Assembly (NCBI GenBank): GCA_937915755.1
Contig: CALGGR010000325.1
Coordinates: forward strand, 6,591 to 70,590
Length of the DNA stretch: 64,000 bases
Source: an uncultured Fretibacterium sp.
GTDB lineage: Bacteria; Synergistota; Synergistia; Synergistales; Aminobacteriaceae
Reading direction: 5' to 3'
Position numbers and translations under genes: made by a program. Of the stretch, positions 1 to 7,939 are shown one piece after another. The stretch's first letter is position 1. Every line of letters begins with the position of its first letter. The notes under the pieces were generated by a model that searched no databases, was not told the origin of the DNA, and saw nothing but the letters and a program-made list of their open reading frames with translations.

Positions 1-2
1 AT

Positions 3-728
3 AACACTCTGAGGGCAGTTCAGGCTCTATTCGTCTACCACGCGACAGACCCGTTCTTTGACGGAGACCCAAAGGCTTTGGAGCTTCGCAAAGTTTTCGA
101 GGGCAAGAGGGAGACAGCCGCCGCAAAAGCCAGCGTTGCTAGTGCCGCGAAAGAGACGACAGAACTTCCCGCGCCTGTTGACACGACGAAGAAATACAAG
201 GCTAATAAAGACGACACTGAAGACACGGTCTGCACACCCGGAAATTTCGGCCCTACATGCTCGGCAATCAACAACGAGAACCTCCGCCAGTATCTCGGAC
301 GCAGCGATGTGGTGTACATCGACATTCGAGATTACGAGGACTACGCAAAGAAGCACCTTAGGAATTTCGAGTGCATTCCCTACCTTGCGCTGATCTTCAA
401 CGCGAACGCACACAAAGATTCGTCGCTGCCTCAGCTTTACGGCGGGACGACTGATGACCCTGTGCCTGTGTACAAGGAGTCCGATGAGATTCTTGCGGCC
501 CTCTTCCCGAAGAACAAGGTGATATTCCTGATGTGTCAGGGCGGCGGAAGGGTAAATAACCTGATGAAGATTCTCAGCGCTCGCGGCTGGGACATGAGCA
601 AGGTGTACAACATCGGCGGAATGGGGAATTACACAAGCCCTGCATACAGAGATGTAACGATGGACGCGCCGGAAGTTACGCTGAAAAGCACGTACAGCTT
701 CTCGGGTCTCACGAGAATAGCGCAATAA
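3..728 (+). CDS. Rhodanese-domain protein (sulfurtransferase-like), probably 5'-truncated by the window edge
   Basis: The track ORF 78..728 starts at a TTG. The same frame is open back to base 3 with no stop, so the gene probably begins upstream of the window. The C-terminal half has a rhodanese layout with the active-site loop CQGGGR (FLMCQGGGRVNN). Confidence 0.55.
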   Translation, partial: NTLRAVQALFVYHATDPFFDGDPKALELRKVFEGKRETAAAKASVASAAKETTELPAPVDTTKKYKANKDDTEDTVCTPGNFGPTCSAINNENLRQYLGRSDVVYIDIRDYEDYAKKHLRNFECIPYLALIFNANAHKDSSLPQLYGGTTDDPVPVYKESDEILAALFPKNKVIFLMCQGGGRVNNLMKILSARGWDMSKVYNIGGMGNYTSPAYRDVTMDAPEVTLKSTYSFSGLTRIAQ

Positions 729-748
729 AACCGCAAATGGCCGGCAGC

Positions 749-1420
749 TTAAAGAGGCATGTTGCCGGCTAACTCTAAGTATTTGTACGTGGAGCTGCTT
801 TCATTACAGGTCAGCTTCATAAATTCCATGACATCATCGGGAGTATCCATGTCATTCAAAGTATCCACGAACTCATATGTTAAGCCCGATGCTTTCAGAA
901 TTTCTATCGTTGAATTGAGGACGCTGGAGTTACCCCACGAGGTAATGTTGAAAACGTCAGGGATAAATCTACTCATTCCGATGAGCCAATATCCTCCGTC
1001 CTTAGAAGGGCCGATTACTGCGTCAGAAGCATTCAGGGCGTTGAAAACGCGAGTAATATTTTCAGCCCTCATTGAAGGAATATCAGAACCAATAATGACA
1101 GCCCGCCTGTACCCCAAACTCATAATATCTTTCGCGGCATTTTTCATTCTTTCGCCGAGATTAACGCCACTCTGTTTCATTAAGTGAAATGACGAAGGTA
1201 TGAATTTCAGATAATCTTTTACATCTCCGCTGCCTGTCCAGTACAAAAACACGTCAATCCGTCTCAGCTTCAAAACTTCTGAGAATATGTCATGCCACAT
1301 TGCAAGATGAAGTTCCTCGCGCTGTTCCTCGTTCAATAATGGCGATAAGCGAGTCTTTGTCTCTCTGCCTATTGGAAGCCTCGAAAATATTATCAGAGCG
1401 TTTTCATTTCCTGCCATCAT
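749..1420 (-). CDS. DUF2064-type transferase (rSAM/selenodomain-associated transferase 1; arsenosugar-cassette glycosyltransferase-like)
   Basis: The N-terminus IIFSRLPIGRETKTRLSP is typical of the DUF2064/CofC-like nucleotidyltransferase fold. It overlaps the upstream GT2 gene by 17 nt and sits in the four-gene cassette with the ArsS-like radical SAM gene. Confidence 0.55.
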   Translation of the reverse strand: MMAGNENALIIFSRLPIGRETKTRLSPLLNEEQREELHLAMWHDIFSEVLKLRRIDVFLYWTGSGDVKDYLKFIPSSFHLMKQSGVNLGERMKNAAKDIMSLGYRRAVIIGSDIPSMRAENITRVFNALNASDAVIGPSKDGGYWLIGMSRFIPDVFNITSWGNSSVLNSTIEILKASGLTYEFVDTLNDMDTPDDVMEFMKLTCNESSSTYKYLELAGNMPL

Positions 1421-2096
1421 AAATAAACCTCAAAAACTCAGTTTTCACTCCCAGAATATAAAGAGCCTTGATGAGATTCATCTTCAGCCACGTCCTTAAT
1501 CGTCCGTTTTTCATGTATCTTCTTGCTGACGTTCCTATTAACGTATCAAGAGCGCGTATAAGCCCGCGACTGTGAAAGCCCTTCAGCCTCCGTGAAATTT
1601 CCCAGTCCTCCATGAGAGCGACATCTGCAAATCCTCCGAGTTCAAAGAAAACTTCACGTTTCAGGAACAAGCCCTGGTCCCCGAAAATCAAGCAGAATTT
1701 TCTCGCCCTCGTATGCGATGTTCGAGCTATGAAATTCATGAAGCCATCATCAGCATCATAAAATTGAAGCCTGAAGAAGCCTCCCAACGCGCCCTCATTA
1801 ACCGCCGCTTCAATATCATGCAAGCTCGACGGCGATATTAGAGAGTCAGCGTGAAGAAACCACAATACATTTCCCGTAGATACTGCTGCCCCTTCATTCA
1901 TCTGAACAGCACGCCCAGAATGCGCGTTTATCACGGTGATGTTGTCAAACGCACTCAGTTTTTCGAGCGTTCCGTCCGTGCTTCCTCCATCAGAAATTAT
2001 AATCTCCTTGTCTCCTTCAAGTTTTTGCAGAGAATCAATCAGCCCTTCAATTCTTTCTGCCTCGTTAAGAACTGGAACGATTATTGAGATTTTCAT
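1404..2096 (-). CDS. Family-2 glycosyltransferase (rSAM/selenodomain-associated transferase 2)
   Basis: The GT2 N-terminal signature is MKISIIVPVLNEAERI ... IIISDGGSTDGT. It is immediately downstream of the ArsS-like gene (7-nt gap). Confidence 0.6.
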   Translation of the reverse strand: MKISIIVPVLNEAERIEGLIDSLQKLEGDKEIIISDGGSTDGTLEKLSAFDNITVINAHSGRAVQMNEGAAVSTGNVLWFLHADSLISPSSLHDIEAAVNEGALGGFFRLQFYDADDGFMNFIARTSHTRARKFCLIFGDQGLFLKREVFFELGGFADVALMEDWEISRRLKGFHSRGLIRALDTLIGTSARRYMKNGRLRTWLKMNLIKALYILGVKTEFLRFIYDGRK

Positions 2097-2103
2097 GCAA
2101 ACT

Positions 2104-3018
2104 TTACGCCGTAGTTCCTCCGCAGCTTGAGCCGCTCCCTGCCGTACATGCGTAACAGTGATTGCCGAATTTGATTCTTCTGCTATGAATCTCCTGAAGC
2201 TCGCTGATATTTTGAGGGCCGTTAATCGTCAGTCCTAAAGGCTGGTTAAAATCGCAGTCGTATAGCTTTCCGTCCCAGCCGACTGACATCTGAAACCTGC
2301 ACATCATTCCCTCAAGCGTTGAAGGATTGAAAGCATCACAGAGGCGTTTCATGTACCTGTCAAAATTCCCCGTGCGCCTCAAAAATTCCCCGAAACGCCC
2401 TATTGGGTTATTCGTTATCGTGAAAAGGTGAGTGAACTCAATTCCGTAATCTTCCCTCAAACGATGCCTGTATTCCTTTTCGAGTTCGCTCTGAGTTGGA
2501 GGAAGAAAAGCTCCGCCGGGATTGTAGACCAAATCAAGCGTCAGATCCTCGTCTCGCCCGTAACCTAGAGTGTTTAGCTTCTTCAACATTGATATTACAG
2601 CCTTGAATGTCCCCTTGCCTCTTTGGCGGTCGCAGTCATTCTCTGAGTAATACGGCAACGATGCGACAATCTCAACTTTTCTATCCGCAAGAAATTCCGG
2701 AATGTCCTCGTAACCTTTCTCAGTGAGGATTACGAGATTACTTCTGACTATGACATGAACTCCGAGTTTCACGGCCTCATCGACAAGCCATCGGAAATTA
2801 GGATTCATCTCAGGAGAACCGCCCGTAATATCAAGCGTCTCAAAATTCGGAAGCACCCTCAAAACATGCCTCATCGTCTCGCGCGTCATGACCTCCGTGC
2901 GTTGAGGGCCTGCCTCGATATGACAGTGCTTGCAGGAAAGATTACACAGACTCCCCACGTTGACCTGAAGGACTCTCAGCTTCTCAGCCGTCATTGTCAG
3001 CGCGGGGTCATCTATCAT
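2104..3018 (-). CDS. arsS: Radical SAM/Cys-rich-domain protein, ArsS-like (the family whose C-terminal Cys is Sec in some organisms)
   Basis: It has a canonical CX3CX2C motif (CNLSCKHC) after LQVNVGSL. The C-terminal Cys-rich tail is HCYACTAGSGSSCGG. The track ORF start (3117) overlaps the upstream gene, so I chose the ATG at 3018 (MIDDPALT). The start is uncertain. Confidence 0.7.
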   Translation of the reverse strand: MIDDPALTMTAEKLRVLQVNVGSLCNLSCKHCHIEAGPQRTEVMTRETMRHVLRVLPNFETLDITGGSPEMNPNFRWLVDEAVKLGVHVIVRSNLVILTEKGYEDIPEFLADRKVEIVASLPYYSENDCDRQRGKGTFKAVISMLKKLNTLGYGRDEDLTLDLVYNPGGAFLPPTQSELEKEYRHRLREDYGIEFTHLFTITNNPIGRFGEFLRRTGNFDRYMKRLCDAFNPSTLEGMMCRFQMSVGWDGKLYDCDFNQPLGLTINGPQNISELQEIHSRRIKFGNHCYACTAGSGSSCGGTTA

Positions 3019-3041
3019 ATCCTCAAACGGCTTTATCGTGT

Positions 3042-3374
3042 TCACAGTGATAATCCCTTCGCAGTGTTCTTCATTTGAACGCCGTGAACTAATGACGCTC
3101 CTCCCCGCAAGGCGCACGCAACATGCACGGCTTCCGTCATCTGTTCCTCGTTAGCTCCGTTTTCAAGGCAGCTCTGTGTGTATGCGTCGATGCAGTACGG
3201 GCACTGTACGGCGTGGGCAACAGCTAGGGCGATTAGTGCCTTTTCGCGTTTCGTCAATGCTCCGGCCTCAAAGACAGCCCCGTAATACGCCATGAATTTT
3301 TCCCACAGTTCAGGCGCAAATTCCCCCATCGTTGCGAATTTCCCCAAGTCCTCAGGATTGTAGTAGCTATCCAT
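3042..3374 (-). CDS. AhpD/carboxymuconolactone-decarboxylase-fold peroxidase-like protein (cassette-associated)
   Basis: The CxxC motif sits in AVAHAVQCPYCIDAYT. A strong RBS (AGGAGG) lies 8 nt upstream of the ATG. It is about 110 aa, as expected for this family. Confidence 0.65.
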   Translation of the reverse strand: MDSYYNPEDLGKFATMGEFAPELWEKFMAYYGAVFEAGALTKREKALIALAVAHAVQCPYCIDAYTQSCLENGANEEQMTEAVHVACALRGGASLVHGVQMKNTAKGLSL

Positions 3375-3377
3375 AAT

Positions 3378-4181
3378 TTATACCTCCTTTAGTTTTCTTG
3401 CCGTGATAAATCTGTTGATTAGGTTCGATTTTTTTGCTGACGGTTCACCGTTCCCAAAAATCAAATCGAGAATGTGAACGCTCTCATGCTTCCCGTCAAT
3501 GCTCATTGCGGAACGACACGAGGCACAATAAGATATTATCATGTGGCACGGGGATTCATCAGCCCTTTTCCTCATACATTCATGGCCGAAACGTGAATCC
3601 CCTGTCGTCAAAATCTGATTTCCACCGCAACATTTTTGCTTTTGCCCCAAAAAATTTTTAGCGTTCACTCCGAGATACTTCAAGATTCCGCGAGTGCTTA
3701 AAACGATCTCAGGCGTACTCGTGCATGAGTCCTGTATTCCGGCTTCAAGACCTGAGAATTTATCCCGCAATGATTCAGGCAGTCCGAATTTCAGCATTAC
3801 AGGCCATAGTGATAAAACGTCGCGCCCGGCATTATATTTCCTCAGAATGTTATAGCAGTTCTGACAGGCCGTTATGACAGTCTCAGCGTTAATAGCGTCA
3901 AGTTCGCGTTTCACATTCTCGATTCTGCGCTGAAATGTCATCTCCTCACTCATGAGCTTCAACGGTTTCGCGCAACACGCCGTAATTATCCCGCACTCTC
4001 CGAAATTTTCCCTGAGGTAGTCCCTCACCGCGAAGACGTAATCAGGATTATAGCCCGACAAGCTACAGCCGGGAAAGAATACGGTCTTTGCCTTTCCCGT
4101 TGAACGTCTCAAAATTCCTGAGGCCGCTAAAAACTGATCCGCTTTTATTGCCGAACGAAAGAGAAATCTTCTAGCGTTCAT
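3378..4181 (-). CDS. CCG-domain (Fe-S)-binding protein, HdrB/GlpC-like
   Basis: Two Cys-rich CCG-type repeats are present (FFPGCSLSG ... ACCAKPL and QDSCTS ... KCCGGN). It ends with TAA one codon before the next gene. Confidence 0.55.
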   Translation of the reverse strand: MNARRFLFRSAIKADQFLAASGILRRSTGKAKTVFFPGCSLSGYNPDYVFAVRDYLRENFGECGIITACCAKPLKLMSEEMTFQRRIENVKRELDAINAETVITACQNCYNILRKYNAGRDVLSLWPVMLKFGLPESLRDKFSGLEAGIQDSCTSTPEIVLSTRGILKYLGVNAKNFLGQKQKCCGGNQILTTGDSRFGHECMRKRADESPCHMIISYCASCRSAMSIDGKHESVHILDLIFGNGEPSAKKSNLINRFITARKLKEV

Positions 4182-4554
4182 TTTCTCTCAGCATGAAAGT
4201 TAATACCCAGCCGATAACCGCTGTTGCAATCATGGCCGTGTTGATTGCGGAGAATGATATTCTGTTCATCATCAATCCCTCACGTATTATTGAAGCCGGA
4301 ATGATTTTGAGACCCTCATAGCCAAGCATCAGCCACAATCCCAAACAAGAAATTACGAGGCTCAACGTTGATGCCGTGAAAGTCCCGCAAATCCTCCTCA
4401 GCGGTTTTATGACCGACTGAAGCATGAATAGAATCGCGGTCAGCCCGAAGAATACCCAGCCGAGATTAACTCGCATTTCGAGCCATGTATTCCGAAAAAG
4501 GCAGACGCTCATCAACATGCTCCACATCAACGAGTTGTAGAGGCAGGCCGTCAT
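4171..4554 (-). CDS. Small integral membrane protein, unknown function
   Basis: The 127-aa ORF has about four hydrophobic segments and overlaps both neighbours, which suggests operon coupling. I recognise no motif. Confidence 0.4.
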   Translation of the reverse strand: MTACLYNSLMWSMLMSVCLFRNTWLEMRVNLGWVFFGLTAILFMLQSVIKPLRRICGTFTASTLSLVISCLGLWLMLGYEGLKIIPASIIREGLMMNRISFSAINTAMIATAVIGWVLTFMLRENER

Positions 4555-5189
4555 TACTTGACCAGTCTCACGATCACGTTCACCCTCGTACCGTCCGGCG
4601 GAAGAACTTTTGAGTTTCCGTGAAAGCTGACCTCCCTATTGTTGAGGGCACCTGTGGGCCATGCCGCGTTAGTGCTTATTCCTGCGGCGCATGAGTCTAG
4701 GCAGATGAAACAGCCGGGGTGTGAACGTTTCGCAAATTCGAGGTTCCCCGTGTATCTGAGGTCTAACGGTCTGACTTCTCCGTTCGCAACTTCACTCACT
4801 ACAGCATTATCAAGAGGGATTTCGCCGTTTGACCCTTCCCACGTTAAGAACACTGTGAGCTTGCTTCCCTCTGTTGATTTCCCTTCCGCGCTGGATCTGG
4901 CCTTCATGTCTTCGGGCTTGATGTTGTTTCCGGGTACTGCCCCGATTTCCGCAAGTGCGTTGTAATAATCAATCTCACTCACGAGCGCGCGCATAATTGA
5001 TTTCTCGCCGTTTCCTCCCTTGTAGTACGAGAGGGCGTGTTTTGTTGGGCTGACGAAGTATTTTCCGTTGACCTCTGCGGGGATTATAACTTCTCCCTTC
5101 TCTTTGTTGACCGTCAGCGAAAGTTCCTCAGAAAACGCCGATGAAACGAACGCGAACATTACAGCGATGACCAATAGAAACTTCTTCAT
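4554..5189 (-). CDS. Secreted protein of unknown function (signal peptide)
   Basis: The N-terminal signal peptide is MKKFLLVIAVMFAFVSSAFS. A Cys cluster HPGCFICLDSCAAG lies near the C-terminus. It may be YdjY-like, but this is not verified. Confidence 0.45.
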   Translation of the reverse strand: MKKFLLVIAVMFAFVSSAFSEELSLTVNKEKGEVIIPAEVNGKYFVSPTKHALSYYKGGNGEKSIMRALVSEIDYYNALAEIGAVPGNNIKPEDMKARSSAEGKSTEGSKLTVFLTWEGSNGEIPLDNAVVSEVANGEVRPLDLRYTGNLEFAKRSHPGCFICLDSCAAGISTNAAWPTGALNNREVSFHGNSKVLPPDGTRVNVIVRLVK

Positions 5190-5195
5190 TGATAA

Positions 5196-5858
5196 TTACC
5201 TCCTTATAAATTTTTTACGCAGAATAATTCCTGCCGTAGTTACGATTAAAGCGAGCACTAAAGCGAGGAACAAATACAATTTTCTTCTCTCAGAATCCCC
5301 GATCCCGGCGGCACTAAGCGTGAACATCGCCGCTCCCGGAGCCATGAAAAGAAAAGTGTAAAGCGTATAGGGCAGCAGCTTTATATCGGTGAGACCGTAA
5401 GCAAAATTCTGAAGGTTGTACGGGAACAGCGGCACTAATCGTGTAACCATGAGAAGAATAACCCCGCTGTGCTGAACGTCGTCAAAAAGAAACTTCTTGA
5501 GCACTTTGCTTTTCTCAAGCATCGGACGCATTGAATCTTTCAGGAAATAACGTCCCGCTAGAAACGCAAGGACAGCCCCCACAGTTGCCGCCGCGAGACA
5601 AAGAAGTGTTCCCGTCAAAGGCTCGAACAATATTCCAGCCGCCAAAGCGAAGAACGCTCCCGGCATTGCAAGAACAACACAGCCGATAACGGTTGAAACA
5701 GTATACGCTGCCATCGCAAAAATCGGGTGTTCGTCAGCAAGTCCCCTCAGTTTGGGAACGGCCTCAATGAATTTTTCTGACAGCCCGAAATAATGAGCGA
5801 GTATCATCATCGTTACGATCAGAATTACGAATACAGCAGGTTTCACCGAACGCTTCAA
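5196..5858 (-). CDS. TVP38/TMEM64 (DedA-related, SNARE-associated) membrane protein
   Basis: It is multi-pass hydrophobic, with the family-typical motifs AGILFEP..G and LVPLFPYNLQNFAYGLT. Confidence 0.6.
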   Translation of the reverse strand: MKRSVKPAVFVILIVTMMILAHYFGLSEKFIEAVPKLRGLADEHPIFAMAAYTVSTVIGCVVLAMPGAFFALAAGILFEPLTGTLLCLAAATVGAVLAFLAGRYFLKDSMRPMLEKSKVLKKFLFDDVQHSGVILLMVTRLVPLFPYNLQNFAYGLTDIKLLPYTLYTFLFMAPGAAMFTLSAAGIGDSERRKLYLFLALVLALIVTTAGIILRKKFIRR

Positions 5859-6532
5859 CTCTTATGCTTCTCCCTGTACATCTGGCGCATCAGTACGATT
5901 AACGCCGACAGCGCGAAAAGTATCAGCAATCCCATCATGAGCATTTGCGCTCCGCCCGTGAGCATTCCGCCGACGTATGAATACACGATTGTTGCCGGAA
6001 GCTGCCCTATTCCTGTTGCGATGAAGAAAGGACAGAATTTCATCGACGTTAAGCCCGCCGCATAGCTCACCAAGTCGAACGATATGAACGGAAGCAATCG
6101 CGCAATCAACACGCTGTGTGTCCCGTAACGCTCGAAAAATCTGTCGATTGACTGCAATCCTGCCCTGCTCGTGAGACGTTCAGCGACTTCCCTTCCGAGT
6201 ACACGCGCTATGTAGAAACATATTGCTGCCCCCGCCATTGCGCTTGACCATGACAGCAGCGCGCCCTTCCACCAGCCAAAGAGATTCGCGTTCGCAAGCG
6301 TTATGATGAATGCCGGAAGCGGTGCAGCTATGGACTGGAATATCATCAGGAAGAACGATACAGCCGCCGCATATCCCCCGTAGTCCGCAACGAAATCTCG
6401 CATCGTCCTGAAATCACCCGACGCAAAGGCCGAAAGCGTCATGTCGATGAAATTTTCGTACGGAGGAATGACGAAGTAAGCCGCAAAAGCTAGGATTAGT
6501 GCTGATATGATTACGATTTTTCCCGACTTCAT
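5855..6532 (-). CDS. TVP38/TMEM64 (DedA-related) membrane protein, tandem paralogue
   Basis: It has the same architecture (LLPFISFDLVSYAAGLT) and a 4-nt overlap with the downstream paralogue. Confidence 0.6.
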   Translation of the reverse strand: MKSGKIVIISALILAFAAYFVIPPYENFIDMTLSAFASGDFRTMRDFVADYGGYAAAVSFFLMIFQSIAAPLPAFIITLANANLFGWWKGALLSWSSAMAGAAICFYIARVLGREVAERLTSRAGLQSIDRFFERYGTHSVLIARLLPFISFDLVSYAAGLTSMKFCPFFIATGIGQLPATIVYSYVGGMLTGGAQMLMMGLLILFALSALIVLMRQMYREKHKS

Positions 6533-6580
6533 GATAAAAATTTATGCCCCGTCTCGTTAAAGGCAGGGCATGTGATGTGA

Positions 6581-7600
6581 TTAGTCGAGGTCAAGTTTGA
6601 CTTTGAACTCAAACGTTTTCGGGCTGAACCAGTCAACGACTTTTCCGTCAATCTCCGCGTAAGGATACATGAAGTACGTCAGCGGGGTCTTTGCGGTTGC
6701 ATCGCTGAGAACGGTCTCGCGTGTGTCTCGGTTGAGCGCGATCCTCAGAAGGTTGTCTCCGCCCCAGAAGAAATCCGCCCACTTCTTCGCGTCGTCAACG
6801 TTCTCGATGCCCTCATTCAGCATCTTCTTGCGAACGTCAGCAGGGTCAGCCATTACCCAGCCTGTTCCAGGAAGGTAGAACTCCGTCCAGCAATGATAGT
6901 TGCCGGTGATTTCGCCCGATTTCGCGGGGTCAACTCTGAGGCCGTAAACGTCCCTTGTCGGAATCCCTGAAGCCCTCGCAAGCGCGACGAATACCGAGCT
7001 TATATCCGCGCATTTTCCTCCGCCGTTCTTCTCGGAGATTGTGCGAATCGGGAGGCCAAGTCCGCAGCCCTCTTTAACGCCCTCGTCGCGGAATGTGTTT
7101 TCCAGAACCCAGCGGTAAACACCCTTCGCCTTTGAGAGAACTGTGGGCATGTTGACGAACTCCATGCTCGCGTCGGCGCAGAAACCTTCATTGATTGGAA
7201 GTGAAGGTGTCGACTCAAGGTACTTCAGGACTTCCGGCGGGAACGCGTCAGTTGTCTCCCTGAGTCTGGCTTTCTTGGCGTAGTGCGAGTCAAGCCTGAA
7301 CGTCATCGTTAGCTTCGGGGTCTTTCTGGGTCTTCTCCACGTTGCATGAAGGTAAACCGCGCCGCTTTTCGGATCGCTTTCAACGCCGATTTTCGCTCCG
7401 TTCGACCTGATGTCCACATTCGTTATTGTCTGGTTGGCATCTGAGAGAGGATAGGGAAGCCAAAGCTCGGCCTTGCTTGCCTTTCCCGCGTCTTTCAGCT
7501 CAACGTCGAATGTTACCTTACCTTTGTACTCAGCGAATGAGACGGCGGAAAACGATAATACCGCCGCAACAACGAGGAGTACGCCCAAAAATTTACGCAT
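6581..7600 (-). CDS. Secreted transglutaminase-like (Cys-protease fold) protein
   Basis: The transglutaminase core is GGGKCADISSVFVALARASGIPTR ... YHCWTEFYLPGTGWVMADPAD. I chose the ATG at 7600 (MRKFLGVLLVVAAV signal peptide) because AAGGAG lies 8 nt upstream. Confidence 0.65.
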   Translation of the reverse strand: MRKFLGVLLVVAAVLSFSAVSFAEYKGKVTFDVELKDAGKASKAELWLPYPLSDANQTITNVDIRSNGAKIGVESDPKSGAVYLHATWRRPRKTPKLTMTFRLDSHYAKKARLRETTDAFPPEVLKYLESTPSLPINEGFCADASMEFVNMPTVLSKAKGVYRWVLENTFRDEGVKEGCGLGLPIRTISEKNGGGKCADISSVFVALARASGIPTRDVYGLRVDPAKSGEITGNYHCWTEFYLPGTGWVMADPADVRKKMLNEGIENVDDAKKWADFFWGGDNLLRIALNRDTRETVLSDATAKTPLTYFMYPYAEIDGKVVDWFSPKTFEFKVKLDLD

Positions 7601-7727
7601 GAAAATCACTCCTTGTATAAATTTATCTAAGGGTAAAAATGCCCTTATGATTGCGATTTGATTAAGACTGCCGGGAAGTTAAACGGTGAGAATTTACGCA
7701 CAACCAAATTAACGAGGCAGTCTGCAA

Positions 7728-7739
7728 CACGTGCATTCT
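7728..7739. promoter_or_regulatory. CACGTGCATTCT motif in a divergent promoter region, candidate operator
   Basis: It is an exact 12-mer that recurs, with a 3-nt GTG insertion, at 39539..39553 upstream of another operon. A permuted copy (GCATTCT-N6-CACGTGC) lies at about 7802-7820. Function is unknown. Confidence 0.3.
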
Positions 7740-7939
7740 ATTTTCAGCTCAGGTTAATTTCGTCAGCATAAAAATTTTCTCCTATTGCAAATTATTTTGA
7801 GCATTCTAAATTACACGTGCCATTAAAAGCAATTGGTGCTTTCGTTATTCATGACGTAATGGAAATGTGTATGTAAAAGAATTGCCCTTCGTTGGTATAC
7901 TTTATCCACCAAAAAAATTTTTCAGGAGGCTTAATTTTC

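Noticed and set aside
3375-3380. The HdrB-like ORF and the AhpD-like ORF are in the same frame, separated by one stop and one codon. This could have been another Sec read-through.
   Set aside because: The stop is TAA, not TGA. The downstream gene also has its own AGGAGG RBS.
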